Source: Psammoneis japonica
Taxonomy: Eukaryota
Assembly: GCA_008632985.1 (NCBI GenBank)
Contig: QPGO01000001.1
Span: forward strand, 124,001-188,000
Length of the DNA stretch: 64,000 bases
Reading direction: 5' to 3'
In this document: piece by piece, positions 12,865 through 24,619 of the stretch
Position numbering within the stretch: position 1 is the stretch's first letter
Layout of the letters: the number at the start of each line of letters is the position of its first letter
Made by a program: the position numbers and the translations under genes
The notes under the pieces: model-generated
The model's input: the letters and a program-made list of their open reading frames with translations, nothing else
Databases searched by the model: none
What the model was told of the DNA's origin: nothing

Positions 12865-15800
12865 TGGATGGGGATGACTCACAAGATGATGGGAGAAGCT
12901 TGTCCCAGCATGAAGAATGTGCTCTGGACAGGAATTTTTTCTGCCAGTTTCTTTTGTCACAAGCAAAAATGGAGCAGATTCAGTCTCAGCAGAGGGCGAC
13001 TGAAATCTTCTGGGTGATGGAGGCTGAGGTCGGCTCCAGGCACACCCAGCCCAGGGTTCACCATGCAGAGGACAGGCACCCCTCAGCTGCTGCTTCTGAG
13101 GCTGTCAAGCCCCCTGTCATGAGCTCAAAAAAGGCTGTGGTGGAAGAGCATGAGTTTTCAAACTGCAAGATGCAGTGGCGGGCCAAAGGCTTGGGTGAAT
13201 TCTCCCCCACAACAGGCCGGGCAATGGGCACTTGCTCAACTGAAAAGTCCACAGATGGCTTGAGAAAAGTTTGCAAATGCTGCATGGGTGTCTTTGTTTG
13301 CTCCCTTTGTGGAGAGTTTCTTGAAAGGCCCCGGCAGCCTTGGACAGGAAGGAAGAAGTTTGGGTCACCACTCCCTCCCAAGCTGGTGTGCCCCAATCAT
13401 GAGCAAGAGTCAAAATTGGAGCACAAAGAGTGCACCTGCCTGCTGACCTGTCAAGAAGTCAGTGCCAACTCTTGGCTCATGAGCCACAAAGGGAGGCACA
13501 ACACCCAAGACCCCCACCATCGAAGCTCCCAATGGCAGCACAAGGAAAGCTTGTGGAGCTTGTTGTCAGAGCTGCTCCTGAGTTGACTCCAGCACAGCTG
13601 AGACTTGGGGCTGCAACCAGGCCTCGAGTGTCACAGATTCATCCAGCTCTTCACAACAAAGACCATGTGAAAAACATGAGGAAGAAGATCTTAAAGGAAA
13701 CAGGGATGAGCTCCACCATTGCCAGCCTTGTGAACTTCCAAAAGGAAGTGAACCAGAGCTTCATTGTTTCGGAGCAGCTCACCACAGATGATGCTCACAT
13801 TGTCATGCAAGACCAAGACATGATTGACATGCTGAGAGAACCAGCATCACCCATGCAAACCAACTCTGTGGAGGGATTTGTTGTTGATGCAGACTTCCAG
13901 AGGCAGATCAATGTCACCTTCTCTTTGCAGTTTGATGCAATGTTGCAGCAGTGGGCCCCAGTCTGCATTTCCATCTTGTTTGGCAAAACTTCTGCACACT
14001 GCAAAGCCCACTGGCGCAGGGTGCTTCAGTGCTGCCAGGCCAACACCTGGGATGATTTTTTGAACAACTTCCAAGGAAACACAAGCGACTTTTCTGATGC
14101 CATTTGAAATGGCTTCTTTGCAGCCATGCAGGAGCTTGCACTTGAGCACCATGACAGGGAAGCCACAGATGAGGAGATTGCCCAGTTTTACAACTTTTGT
14201 GACGTTCACTTTGAGAGGTCCCGCATGAGGGTGGCCAGAAACTCTGCTGTTGACATTCCAGACAGGGAGGATGACTTCAACCACCATGTCAACAGCTTGA
14301 GGGGTTTTGGCCAAGGAGACTTTGCTCAGTTTGAAAAGTCCTGCAAGCTGCTCATCAGATCTTGCCCAAATGCCAAGTCATGGCTGAAGTTTGAAAAGTC
14401 CTGCAAGCTGCTCATCAGATCTTGCCCAAATGCTGAGTCATGGCTGAAGTGGTTTCTCAACCCAAGGAGGGCAAGGATTTTCTTTCCTGCACGCGCAGGC
14501 AGCTGGATGAGCTGCAGCAGCAGAGGCATGAAAAGCTCTGCACAGACACAAATGCACAGGAAAATGTTGGCAAACAGTTTCAGTGCAGTGCACCAAAGAC
14601 CAATTTGACCATTGGAGAAGCAGTTCTGCATGCTTTCAAGTTCTGCAATGCGAATGTCTTTGACAGAAAGGCAGCAGCCAGGGGAATTTCACGCCATTGT
14701 GGAGCTTTCAAGACCATCCAGTCAGGCTGCAAGAAGCCCAAGAGCAAAAGAAAGCAAGGGAAAAAAACAAATGATGGAAGAGCACCAGACACCACAAAGC
14801 AGCTGACAAGGCCAAAAAAGAAGCCTGCACCCAAAAAGACGCCAGGAGAGGCAGCAAAGAAGCAGGCAGGAGGCACCATGAAGCAAACAAGGATCAAGTT
14901 CAAGACCCAATCATCAAAGAAAACTGCACCCAGGCATGCTGTGACCTCATTCCAAGGCATCCCATGGAATGTGCCCAGCAAAGGAGACCATCCTGGCATC
15001 AACAACACTTGCAGGCTGGACAGCTTGTTGACTTTGCTGTTCTCACTTCACAAGCAGCAGCTGATGAAAAAGCCAATGGTGGAGCTGGCTGATCCAGACA
15101 ACCTCCTGTCCAAGACATTCAGCTTGATGGAAAAGGGTGAGTTTGATGATGCCAGGCACCTTTGGGTGAGTGACAATTCTGTTCTCAAGGACATGAATCG
15201 CGAAATCAGAAAGAGCCGGTTTGCCAAGTTCAACATGTTTGGGTCACTCTTTGAGGTTTTTGGCCCACCAGTCAGTCCAGGAGCTCCCTTCCCAATGAGC
15301 CAGTCATTTCAAGCCTGCTTTGATTTCTTTGAAAAGTGTGTTGCAGGTGACTCTTGGTGTCCTTCATGCTTCTCTGATGAGGATGAAGATGGGCGTCCAA
15401 GGAAAAAGATCTTCAACACATTCCCCATTTCAGAATTTGACAGCGCCAGCCACTGCCTCCAAACTTGCCTTGAGAGTGACTTGCAGAAGTGTGGGAACTT
15501 TCAAGGTGGTGTTGGTGAGGGTGAGGATGCAGTGATGGTTGCAAGTGACACCCCAGAGGAGAGGCAATGCTGCAGATTCCTGAACACCACTGAAAAAGTC
15601 ATCACGAAGTTCCCACACCTGATGGTTTTTACAAGCAACCCAAAACCCGGTTTTTCACTTGGAGATTTGGAGACAGAGTTTTCCCTTTGTGGGAAACAGT
15701 TTGGCTTGAGAGGGACCTTGAATGGAGATGGTGGAGTTCACTTCACTTCATGCATCAGAGGAGAGGCAAGCTGGATCTTTTGTGATGGAATTGGGGATGA

Positions 15801-16396
15801 TTTCCCTGTCTGGGAGAGGTGGATGTTTCGCGAACAAGACCAGGTTCTTCAGGGAGAGCACAGCTCCCAGATGGCCATGGCCACAGTGTGTGAGGTCTCA
15901 GACTTGGAGGTTGGAGAGGAGAACATCAAGCCAGGGGAGCAAGAGCAAAGCAAGCCAGGAGAGGAGGAAGAGCATTTGGAGATTGGAAAGGAAAGCAACA
16001 AGCCAGGGATGCAAGAGCAAAGCAAGCCAGGAGAGGAAAAGCAAGGCAAGCAACACAAGAGAAAGAGAGTGGCCTTGGGCAATGGTGCAATCAAGTGGAA
16101 ACAAGTGGCCAGAGCAGTCAATCAGGGAGAAGGGCAAGAAAGGGGGGAGATTGCCAACATGCAGGGGCTGCGGCCAGCTCCTCTCTCAGAATGAAAACAG
16201 GCTTCTCTGCGCCTTTCATGAGAAAAAAGGACACAAGCTCAAGACAGAATGGCAGCTGCACTGCAGGCTGACATGCATTGATGGCAAATTGGATGAGAGC
16301 AATCTCTTCAAAAATTGTTTGAAAAAGGGGAGCACCAAGCAGTTCGAGACCTTCAAGGGCAGCTTCAGCAGGCTGCCAAAAATGTGCAGCATGTGA
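12865..16396 (+). pseudogene. MULE transposase: GCM-like zinc DNA-binding domain + DDE core + USP-like cysteine-peptidase region
   Basis: KCCMGVFVCSLCG...RP...CPNH...C...HKGRHxHPRPP (GCM-like); MQTNS, TSDFSDA, FCDVHF (CxxH), TDTNAQE (catalytic E), NDGRAPDT; NNTCRLDS and GVHFTSCIR...WIFCDG. Spread over frameshifted ORFs 12705, 13430, 14126 and 14440. Confidence 0.78.
14328..14450. repeat. 60-bp tandem duplication inside the transposase
   Basis: Two copies identical except CA (14374-75) vs TG (14434-35). Confidence 0.95.
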
Positions 16397-17411
16397 TTTG
16401 AGGCTGAGGTTTTCAAGTTTTCTGCAAACAACAACTCTTTTCTTTGTCCAATTTAGAACTGCTTTGTCTGCACATTGTTGGCTTTTGTCATGTTCATTGG
16501 AGCCTTGTCCACTGCTTGGCGCAATGCATTTCATCATTTGCTGGCACACACCTGCATGGAATGTATGGCACAGTGCACAACACACTTGCAAAATTTGTCC
16601 ATGCTGCAGCTGGTGTGGTCCCACGCAGAAATGCATGCAGGGTCATGGTGCACTCAAGTGCACTTGAAGTGCACTTGACAAGGTGCACTTTTTTGACTTT
16701 TCTTTTTGACGACGGCCATTTTTTTTGTTGGACGCAATTTGAAAACGACTCGATGCCATTTTTAATTCTGCAGGAGCAGAGTTTGAGAGAGAAGGAGCAT
16801 GAGAGAGTGTGTGCATGAGAGAGCGTGCATGTGTGCATGCATGTGTTGCAACAAAAGCATGTTGGCGATGGCAACAGCATGCGTGTGAATTGCAACAATG
16901 GTTTCACAATCGGTGCTTGACTCATGCAACAACATGAAGAATCAACCCCCAGCATGTCAATGCCGAGCATGACAATGATGTGTTCCACTCACGCAGCTTT
17001 AATTTCTTGGCAGAAAACCCTCCAAACATGGCAGTTGTTGTTGTTGTTGATTTGTGCTGGCGTTGTTGTTGTTTTTCAAGTTTTTTTTTAGTTGTGGGAT
17101 TCTTCAGCGAGGTGATGATTTGTGGCTGGAATTGCATGACTCAAAAATCGTCTGCGAACGCAAGGCGAATGGATGCAAAAAAACTCTCTCTCTCTCTCTT
17201 GCTCTGTGTCTGCCGCATGCTCTCCATTGAACAAATTACCCCGCACAGTGGTTGCGTGCTCTAGAGGGTAAAGACCAAAACTAAAACATGTGACATGGTG
17301 CCTCCATTTCTCAGAATTGTGATGCTTGTCTCGGATGGACTTCGGTCTGCTCATTTTGCCGACGTGGGGCACACATCACTGAATTTCACATCTCCACATG
17401 GCAAATTCTTC

Positions 17412-18690
17412 AGTCCCCTCAAGTCAATGAAGTGGACAATGAATTGGCTTGATCCAGTTTGCTCTCTCTGGCCATGTTTGGCCATGCCAATGTGACAAGG
17501 AAACCCCAACAACCTGCTCTCTAAACCCCATGGTGCATGAGGGTGCCGGTGCAATGCCAAACCTTGGTCATTGTTGATGTTGTGCAATGTCATGCCTGCG
17601 AGTCCATCTCACTTGATGCCACCACACATGATCTCAGTCGCAAGATCAGCTGGGTTGCATTCTGATCAAATGTGGATGCGCTCCAGCTCTGGGTGGGACC
17701 TCGCACTGCTGCACTGTGACATCAACAGTTTTTTGGATCGCGTTGCATGTCGCGCACGTGCATTTCTGCATGTCACATTCTCCGAAATTGTTTCATGCTC
17801 CCTGTTTTGCAAAGCCAAAGGCTTTCCATTTTCAACATTTGTGAGAATGAAAATGCACTGGGTGTGTTCTTCAATGTCTGAAGAACACACCCGGGCAAAC
17901 TGTCAATGATGTGCTCCAAGTGTGGAGGAGGAAATGCATTTGCAAAATTGCCTCTTTTTCTGTTGGCGATCATTTGTGTTTTCATTGCAGCATGAATTTG
18001 CTGTGGAGCTTGCACGTAGAATTCTGTGGGCCAAATGTCTCATGCAGCCCCACCTTGGACTGGAACCCGTCTGTGTCCAGTGAGTGACTCACCCATTGCT
18101 GCCATTTCTCTCATGGTGTGGCGGCATGCTGATTTCGACTTCTTCTTCAAAGTTGACTCTGGGCTTTGGGTGTTGTGGACAACTGACATGTTGTCACCAC
18201 AAATGTGCGATGGACCACTCAGCAGTGCACCCATCATTCTAAGCTCATGCCTTGGACCTCGCAAAGCTTCCATGCCCTGCTTCACAGCCACAAACTCAGC
18301 TCCAAAGACTGAGGTCTCAATGGCACTCTGTCACTCAGAAAACCAGGCAACCAATGCCATGTTTAAATGTGCAAAGCAGCCCACACAGGAGCATCTTGTC
18401 AGCTTGTCATTGGCATGGTTGGAATGCACAAACAAGTGTGGGTCAACATCTTCACCCAGAGCTTCTGGTGCATTGGGCAGAACAGCTTCCTTCACATCCC
18501 CACAAAATGCCTTCCTGCCGCATTCCTTGAAGTCAGACATGTCCATTTCCGGGTGTGTCAGATCAAACACCAGCCTTGCATCATGTCTGGCCTTGAGGCA
18601 TCCACACACATGCAGGATGGCCTCAAGATGGCCCTCCCTTGGCACAGTGAGGAATTGGGCAAGCTGTGAGGTGTGCAGCTGGAAGCGCTT
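17412..18690 (-). mobile_element. Second Copia (CoDi-like) fragment: RT end, RNase H, PPT and LTR start; interrupted by a MITE
   Basis: PREGHLEA, RLVFD, FVHSNHAND, ETSVFGAEF, ICGDNMSVV, PESTLKKK, GH|I*SECNPADLAT. PPT gaggggac followed by TG at 17412 on the minus strand. Confidence 0.9.
17674..18072. mobile_element. MITE copy A (399 bp, ~26-bp TIR, 2-bp TSD gt), TA-depleted
   Basis: Ends ggatgcgctccagctctgggtgggac / gccccaccttggactggaacccgtct. Excision with one TSD restores the Copia RNase H frame. Termini are homologous to 46956-47347. Confidence 0.88.
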
Positions 18691-19574
18691 GCACAGCAGG
18701 TGCCAGGCACCCTGCAAAAACACCAGAGTTGTTTCTGAGCAACTTGTCTGAGGCCATTTTGTCTTTTGGAGCCAAAGTGCAGGCATGGCATTGGTGGTGC
18801 CAGAGATGTCTCAAAACCATGTGAACCAATGAGCCAACAAAAATGCTTGCGCATGATGACGCATCAGAGGAAGGAACTGTTTGGGTTCAGTGTCCATGTG
18901 GGTTTCTGCTTGTTTCCTGCAGCTTTTTGTAATTGTCATTTAGGTTGTGCAACTTTTAATGTAGATTTCCACCTGCTTCCACTGGCACAAGTGCATGCTG
19001 AGCTGTCCAGAGAATGCCATCATTTTGTTCCCTTGTGTGTGTGCCACTCACACAAGGGAATTGTCAGACTGAAAGAAAAGCCACAAAGTCACCTTGGCCC
19101 AGCCAGCCCTCTCTGCCATGTCTGCACAGGATGGGCATTTTGAGCCAAAGGCCATGGACAAGCAAAGGTTGCTCCATGCTAAAAACACAACACTTGAAGA
19201 AATTGCTTTTGTGAAACACATGCTGGAGCTGGGAGAAGTTTGTGACAAGGAGCTCTCCAGAAAAGAAGAATTGGTGTGTGCTGCAGCTGCAGCAGAAAGT
19301 TGGCTGCTGCATGACCAATGTGGGCAAACTTGAGTGGCCAGATCCCACTCCTGTTGAATCTCAGGCACAAGCTCATGTGAAAGGAGGTGGCCAGAAAACA
19401 CCCACCTATCTGGTGGCAGCATGCAAGCAAGTGCGGTGCCTTGCTGGAAGAAGATCAAGCTGAAACCAAGGGCTTGTGCAATGCCTCAAGAAGAGGCCAA
19501 AGTCAAGGAAGGGAGATGATTTGACACCAAACCCAATGCACCACCGCAACTGCTAATCCAGCATTTCATGTCAT

Positions 19575-21150
19575 CAAAAATTAACAGCTGGCAGTGATGG
19601 ATCTGTCAAAGACGTCGCCACCTTTGGGTGGACGATTGCTCCAGATGGAACACCACTGGAGGATTGTGCGGGACCAGCATTTGGCAGAAGACCATCATCA
19701 CACCGGGCAGAGGCTTGTGGCATTTTGTCCCTTCTTTGATTCATTTGCCGGTTCATGGAACATTGCAGAGTGGAGAGGCTTCTGGAAATGGAGCCGCACT
19801 GCAACAACAAAAGCTTTGGTGTCTTGTCTCGAACAACTCACCACAATCCTTCCAGCTCCAACCTCAGAGTGACAAACAGATGAAACAAGAGATTTCCATG
19901 TCAGACATCATGGAGCCAACAGTGTGTCTCCTGACTGGGATGTCATTGATCAGATTCTACGCACACAGCTTGAGATGAAGAGGAAACTTGTAACCAACTC
20001 GTTTGCACAGCCGCCACCTGTCAAATGGGTGAAGGGCCATCAAGATTGGCATGCTCCAATGCATGCCCTGCCCCTCAATGCTAGAGTCAATGTCTGAGCG
20101 GACCAATTGGCAGGGGCATGCCAAGGCCAGTGCCCTTGGGATGCCACAATGGCACTGCCCTTTCCAAATTGTCACTCACATTTGAGTCTCCCAGATGGCA
20201 CATTGACCGCAGGTTGCAAACATCATCTCAGACACGCGGCCACCACCCCACAATTGCTGCAATGCATCATTGAACACAATCAGTGGAGTCCAGGGCCAGA
20301 GGTGACAGAGCTGATTGACTGGGATGCTCATGCCATCCTCATAAAACGTCATTCCAAATGACACGTCGGAACAGTCAAGCCAGTTCACGATCTTCTCCCC
20401 ACTGATGAGATCGTCCATCAATGCAACTCGGCAAGACCTCACCAGTGTCTTCATTGTGAGCATCCCATGGAAGATGGGAACCATGTGCTCCACTGTCTGC
20501 ACAATGAATCATGGCAAAGAAAGTTTCTGCAAGGTTTGAGGAGGTGTTGTGACCAAATCGACACCATGCCAACCCTTCGGGACTTCTTGTCACAGTCCAT
20601 TGAAGCATGGTTTCACAGTGAGATGGTTTGTCTTGAAGATGTTGATTGCAGATGCAGAGTTCTGTGGCAGGCTCAATCCGATGTGGGGTGGTGGCAAGTG
20701 TTTGGTGGAAGGCATTCCCTTCTGTGGAATGTCATTCAATCTGGATGTCTGAGAGATTCTGGGATCCTTCGTCAGTGCCAGGAGGAGAACAAACATCCAC
20801 CGAACTGGACAGTGCAGATGGGAACGTTCATCTGGCAGCAATGGCGGGAATCGTGGGAAGAGCATGACAAACACATCCACGGCCATGATGCAGAAACTGG
20901 ACAATCTTCGCAGAGATGCAAAGTGGAGGCTGAGCTGACAGCTGCATGCAACAAATGTCAGGAATGCTTGGCAAAAGACCGAGGAGTTCTGCTTGATTCT
21001 GTGGCAGAACACAAGACCTTTGCCACTGCACGCACACAAAATTGGATTTCTGTGGTTGAGCCCAGACTTAAGGAAAGCCTCAAGGAAGCCAAGAGGCCAG
21101 TGACATGCAGCACATGCACCATTGCCAGTCATTTCCATCGGGCATCTCCT
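19575..21150 (+). mobile_element. Non-LTR retrotransposon 3' remnant (RNase H + C-terminal CCHC region)
   Basis: SDGSVK..TFGW, CAGPAFG, SSHRAEACG (from SSYRAExYG), WVKGHQD, IDWDAH, VHDLLPT, CLHCEHPMEDGNHVLHC. Frameshifted. Confidence 0.82.
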
Positions 21151-21921
21151 CCGGGAGACACCGCTTCATGCCAATTGCACACACTTCTGCTGCACCTCCA
21201 AGCAGGGTTTGCTGGAAGTGTGGGTTAGCTGGCACTGGTGTTGCTGGGCAAAGGTGCAACAGCACTTGAAATGATTGATTTGGTTTTTTTTGACACTGCA
21301 ACCACTCCTGCCAGAGTCAAAGAATGACATCCCAAGAAGAAGCTGAATTCAAAGATGGGTGATGACCCGATGCCACAGCCGCTCCTGCCAGAGCCAGAGA
21401 GTGAAAACCCTGGTGCCCCACCAGCCAGGCAACAGCAGCATCTAAGATGTGCTCTCCCACCTGTGTCATGAGATTCAGCTCCAGGTGGGACCTTGTGCAG
21501 CTGGACTGGTCTTTGGACATGTGCCACATGTTGCTTGCTCACACTTGTGTGCATGTTCTCCCACAAAATTTCCCGTGCTCCTTCCTGCTCTGAGGGGGGG
21601 ACAAAGGCTTTTTAATCCATGCATTTGTGAGAGTCAAAATCAGCCAGGTGTTGGTTGTGGCATCTGTTCTGTCATGTTCTCAATGGGAGTCATTCGGGCC
21701 CTCACAGCCATTGTGTGTAAATTACATGGGAGAGCGCCAGAAATGGCTGTCGAAATCGGCACAAAACGTAGAGTAATCCGTAATCATAACCACACTTTAC
21801 TTTCTTGGCTGCCCCCTCAGACTCCCCAGAACTCGCAAACGCGCAAGCATTTGTATATGACCAATAAAGCAAGGGCCAAAATAGTGGTTTGTTTGAAAAG
21901 ATTGACTTTACTGTTAAGCAG

Positions 21922-22961
21922 CTACATGCCCTCAAGCACTTCCTCATATCGATTCCATTGTTCCTGCGTGTCATTTGACTTCCATGCAACAAATTCGGCA
22001 AATTCACGGTTGTCTTTCACGAATACTGTGGTCTGCCAGATTTTTTTGTCGATTCGTTTGGCGCCCTGTGGAAGGGGCCGAAAGGCTGTGGCATCCACTT
22101 CATGAAAGAATTCCAACCGCAATGTCACTGGAAAGCGATTGTCCTTCTCCGTTACACGGCACTCTGACGCATTGACAACAGACAGCTTCAGCACTGACAT
22201 ACTGTCCATGTTGTTCAGACCATCAAGCATCTGGTGGAGGGGCCATGACGCAGCGAGCACATTGTTGGGTTTCTTGCGACAGATCGAAATCTTGCCTTGT
22301 CTTTCAAGTGGCATTTATAGGGTCTGTTCGTTCCAACGCAGATATCGAGCGATTGATATATTGCGACGGGGTCGGTAGGTGCAACACTTTCAGTTACTGG
22401 AACGGACAGTCGATAAGAGTGTAGTTGGTTGAGCGAAAGGCACGGAGACTCTGAATCGTCGGGAATGTAGTGTTGAAGGTAATACCTCGTTAAATCTCCA
22501 GGGTTTCGCACTTCTTTCGGGTTAGGTGGGTCGATTTTCACGCCATCAAGCTGCGCAATTTCTTTATGGATTTCCCAGTGATTTATCGAAGACTGAAAGG
22601 CCATCGCATCCCCTACAACCAAAAAATACGCTTTGACGGCCAGATCGTCACCGTCGTAACGCACTTGCTGCCCCTCACCTTCCGAAAAGGAACCATTGTG
22701 TTCTTCTAAAATCTTGTAAACGTTGCCTCTTGCCCCGTGCGACCTCAGGGCACCTTCCACTCGGGCACAAACAAGAAAGACGGGCGGCTTTGACTCCTCT
22801 CTGATTAACCGACGGAGCTTTCCCTTCGTTCTCAAATCTGCTGGAAGGCCAGCATGCTCAATAACTTCGAGTTGTTCTTCTACTGTCTGCAAATCAATGA
22901 GTTCGATGCCCAACTCATCTGCTGACCGCTTCAACTTCTTTACGTCTTCGTCTTCGTTCAT
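21922..22961 (-). pseudogene. Crinkler-associated HNH-like nuclease gene, one frameshift near 22270
   Basis: ORFs 22215..22961 and 21922..22314 join: YQSLD...KCHLKDK...PNNVLAASWPLHQMLDG...FVAWK, resembling the H...NN.LA.S..LH..xDG HNH-like C-terminal domain of CRN-type proteins. Normal TA and Tyr content. Confidence 0.6.
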
Positions 22962-23859
22962 GGCTAAATCAACACTGCACGCGGAGAGTTCCAGAAATTT
23001 TCTTCGAGTTTCTGGATTTCCTGCGCGCGCTTCGTAGCGCGTGACTTTGGATTAAAAACCGGTCTGTCCTCTGCCTTTTGGCATCTCTGTAAAAGTCGAT
23101 TTTGTTTCCAAAATCGATGGGTTTTTCACTGTGGTGCTTTGTACGTCTTCTAACATTGTCAATTGACATGCTCTCATGCCTGTGTTTGCCAGGTTCATGG
23201 TTCTGAACGCCATTGCTGCTTTCGCAAGAAGGGCCTTTTTTCACTCCAAGAGGACAGACCGGTCGTCAGCAGAGTTCTGCGCTGCACTGGGCAGGCAGGG
23301 TTTTTCTGGTCACATTGCTGGATTTTTCACCTTTTTCTGGGTCGATTTCTGGGTGGTCCTTCTCGGATTTTACTGGTTTTCATTCCTGGATGCCAAATTG
23401 CTGTCTCACATTTCTGGGTTTGAGGGTTCCTCCAACATTGTGGGGGACGGCCCATTTCTGGAACATCACGAATCTGTGCTCTCCTCCATTCCTGGACCAT
23501 GTTTCTGGTGCAGCATTGTTCTCAACTGTGGTGCAACGCATTCATTTAAATGCCACAGCACTGACAACTGCAACATCAACACCAGAGAATCAAATGAGGC
23601 GCAATTGAACAAACCAAGTCATCACACATTGGTGGAGCTGACGTTCCGTGCAGCACTTCACCATGCAGTTTCTCACGATTCTCAATGCAGAAAGCAAACT
23701 TTTAATTGTCAAGCCTCTTCCTTGGTTTTCTTGCCCTGCTGGGCCTGTCAGAGGTGTGTCTCCATCTTGCAGCACGTGCCATCATCTTGAGACTTGTTCA
23801 CAAAGGATTCATTGTGGCTCTGGCTGCAAGCATGGTGGTCGTGTGCATTGTTCTTTTGT

Positions 23860-24570
23860 GCCTCATTGGATGCTCTGTGGCAGTGCATGTGAGAGGGAAG
23901 AACAGTTGGTGTGAGTTGCTGGAAAAGGAAAAGAGAGCTGTTCTGAGGATGACTTGCTGACATGAATGTGTGAACATCCAATCCCACAAGCATTTGAAGC
24001 ACTGAACACATCGACAGAGAAACGTGATGGATGGGTGCAATGCCATTTTCAGCATTGGCCTGTTGATGTTGCTTTTTAGCCTGCAACACAACCAAACCTG
24101 CTGTTCTCTTGTTGACATTGCCAATTGGCTGGTCTCACAATGCACCAATCAATGCTGTGTGCCACCTGGTTCTTGGCTTGAGTGAGATGGCAGAGAAGAG
24201 GCTGTTCGAGGAGCAAGCATGATGAGACCCTTTGGGAGCTGCCCCGCCCCCCTGTCAAACCTGACCAGATCCATCTGCAACATGCAGAAATGCTCCTCCT
24301 GAACCTGCAGTCCAAGACCTCCAATCTCTGCCAAATGGCAAGTCAGAGTTAAAGCTGTTTTCTCTCTCAAGCTTCCGAGCGCAACAGGGGGGCAGAACAC
24401 AGAATCAATGCAGGTTCTGGCATTGAACTCATCTTTCAGCAAACAACCCAACAATCACAGCATGCAGAGCCTGTGTGACTTCTGGCATTGATCTCACCAT
24501 CAGGAACAGTCAGTGCATGACATGTGTGATCACAATGACTGCAGCTGCCATCAATGGTGTCAACAAGCAA
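23860..24570 (+). mobile_element. Possible Crypton-like tyrosine recombinase remnant
   Basis: In-frame GQNTESMQVLALNSSFSKQPNNHSMQ (~24390-24467) resembles GxNT...TNHSxR; upstream VHVRG and PPVK..IHL. Heavily degenerate. Confidence 0.4.
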
Positions 24571-24619
24571 TGATGCTGGTTGTTGCTTCGATTTGACAGC
24601 CTGCATTTTGCCGCCCCCA

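Larger units (their letters stand above)
11660..16703 (+). mobile_element. Mutator-like (MULE) DNA transposon, full-length but mutated
   Basis: Imperfect ~40-bp TIRs built of gtgcact repeats (ggaaagacaaacaagtgcac... / ...gtgcacttttttgacttttct). Candidate 9-bp TSD tggtgacga (11651-59) / ttttgacga (16704-12). Removing it rejoins the IST1 coding sequence. Confidence 0.8.
10660..17029 (-). pseudogene. IST1: IST1 (ESCRT-III associated, regulator of Vps4) pseudogene copy 1, split by a 5-kb Mutator-like insertion
   Basis: Exon 1 MFGGFSAKKLKL (ATG 17029), GT-AG intron 16992..16768, exon 2 QLKMASSRFQIASNKK. After the insertion: KQQMRAVAVMLSKDPPKEELAKIRAE, QLECELLAECIKSLEHSKTCPPDL, NERVISKLSVQPP, LEKICKLFEVDW and a low-complexity tail. 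Confidence 0.88.

Noticed and set aside
1..21700. ADAR-type RNA editing of retroelements as the cause
   Set aside because: Changes occur on both strands and also in DNA transposons, tandem arrays and intron-containing IST1 copies.
1..21700. Classical fungal RIP
   Set aside because: RIP increases TpA and stop codons; here TpA is lost and recent host duplicates are spared.
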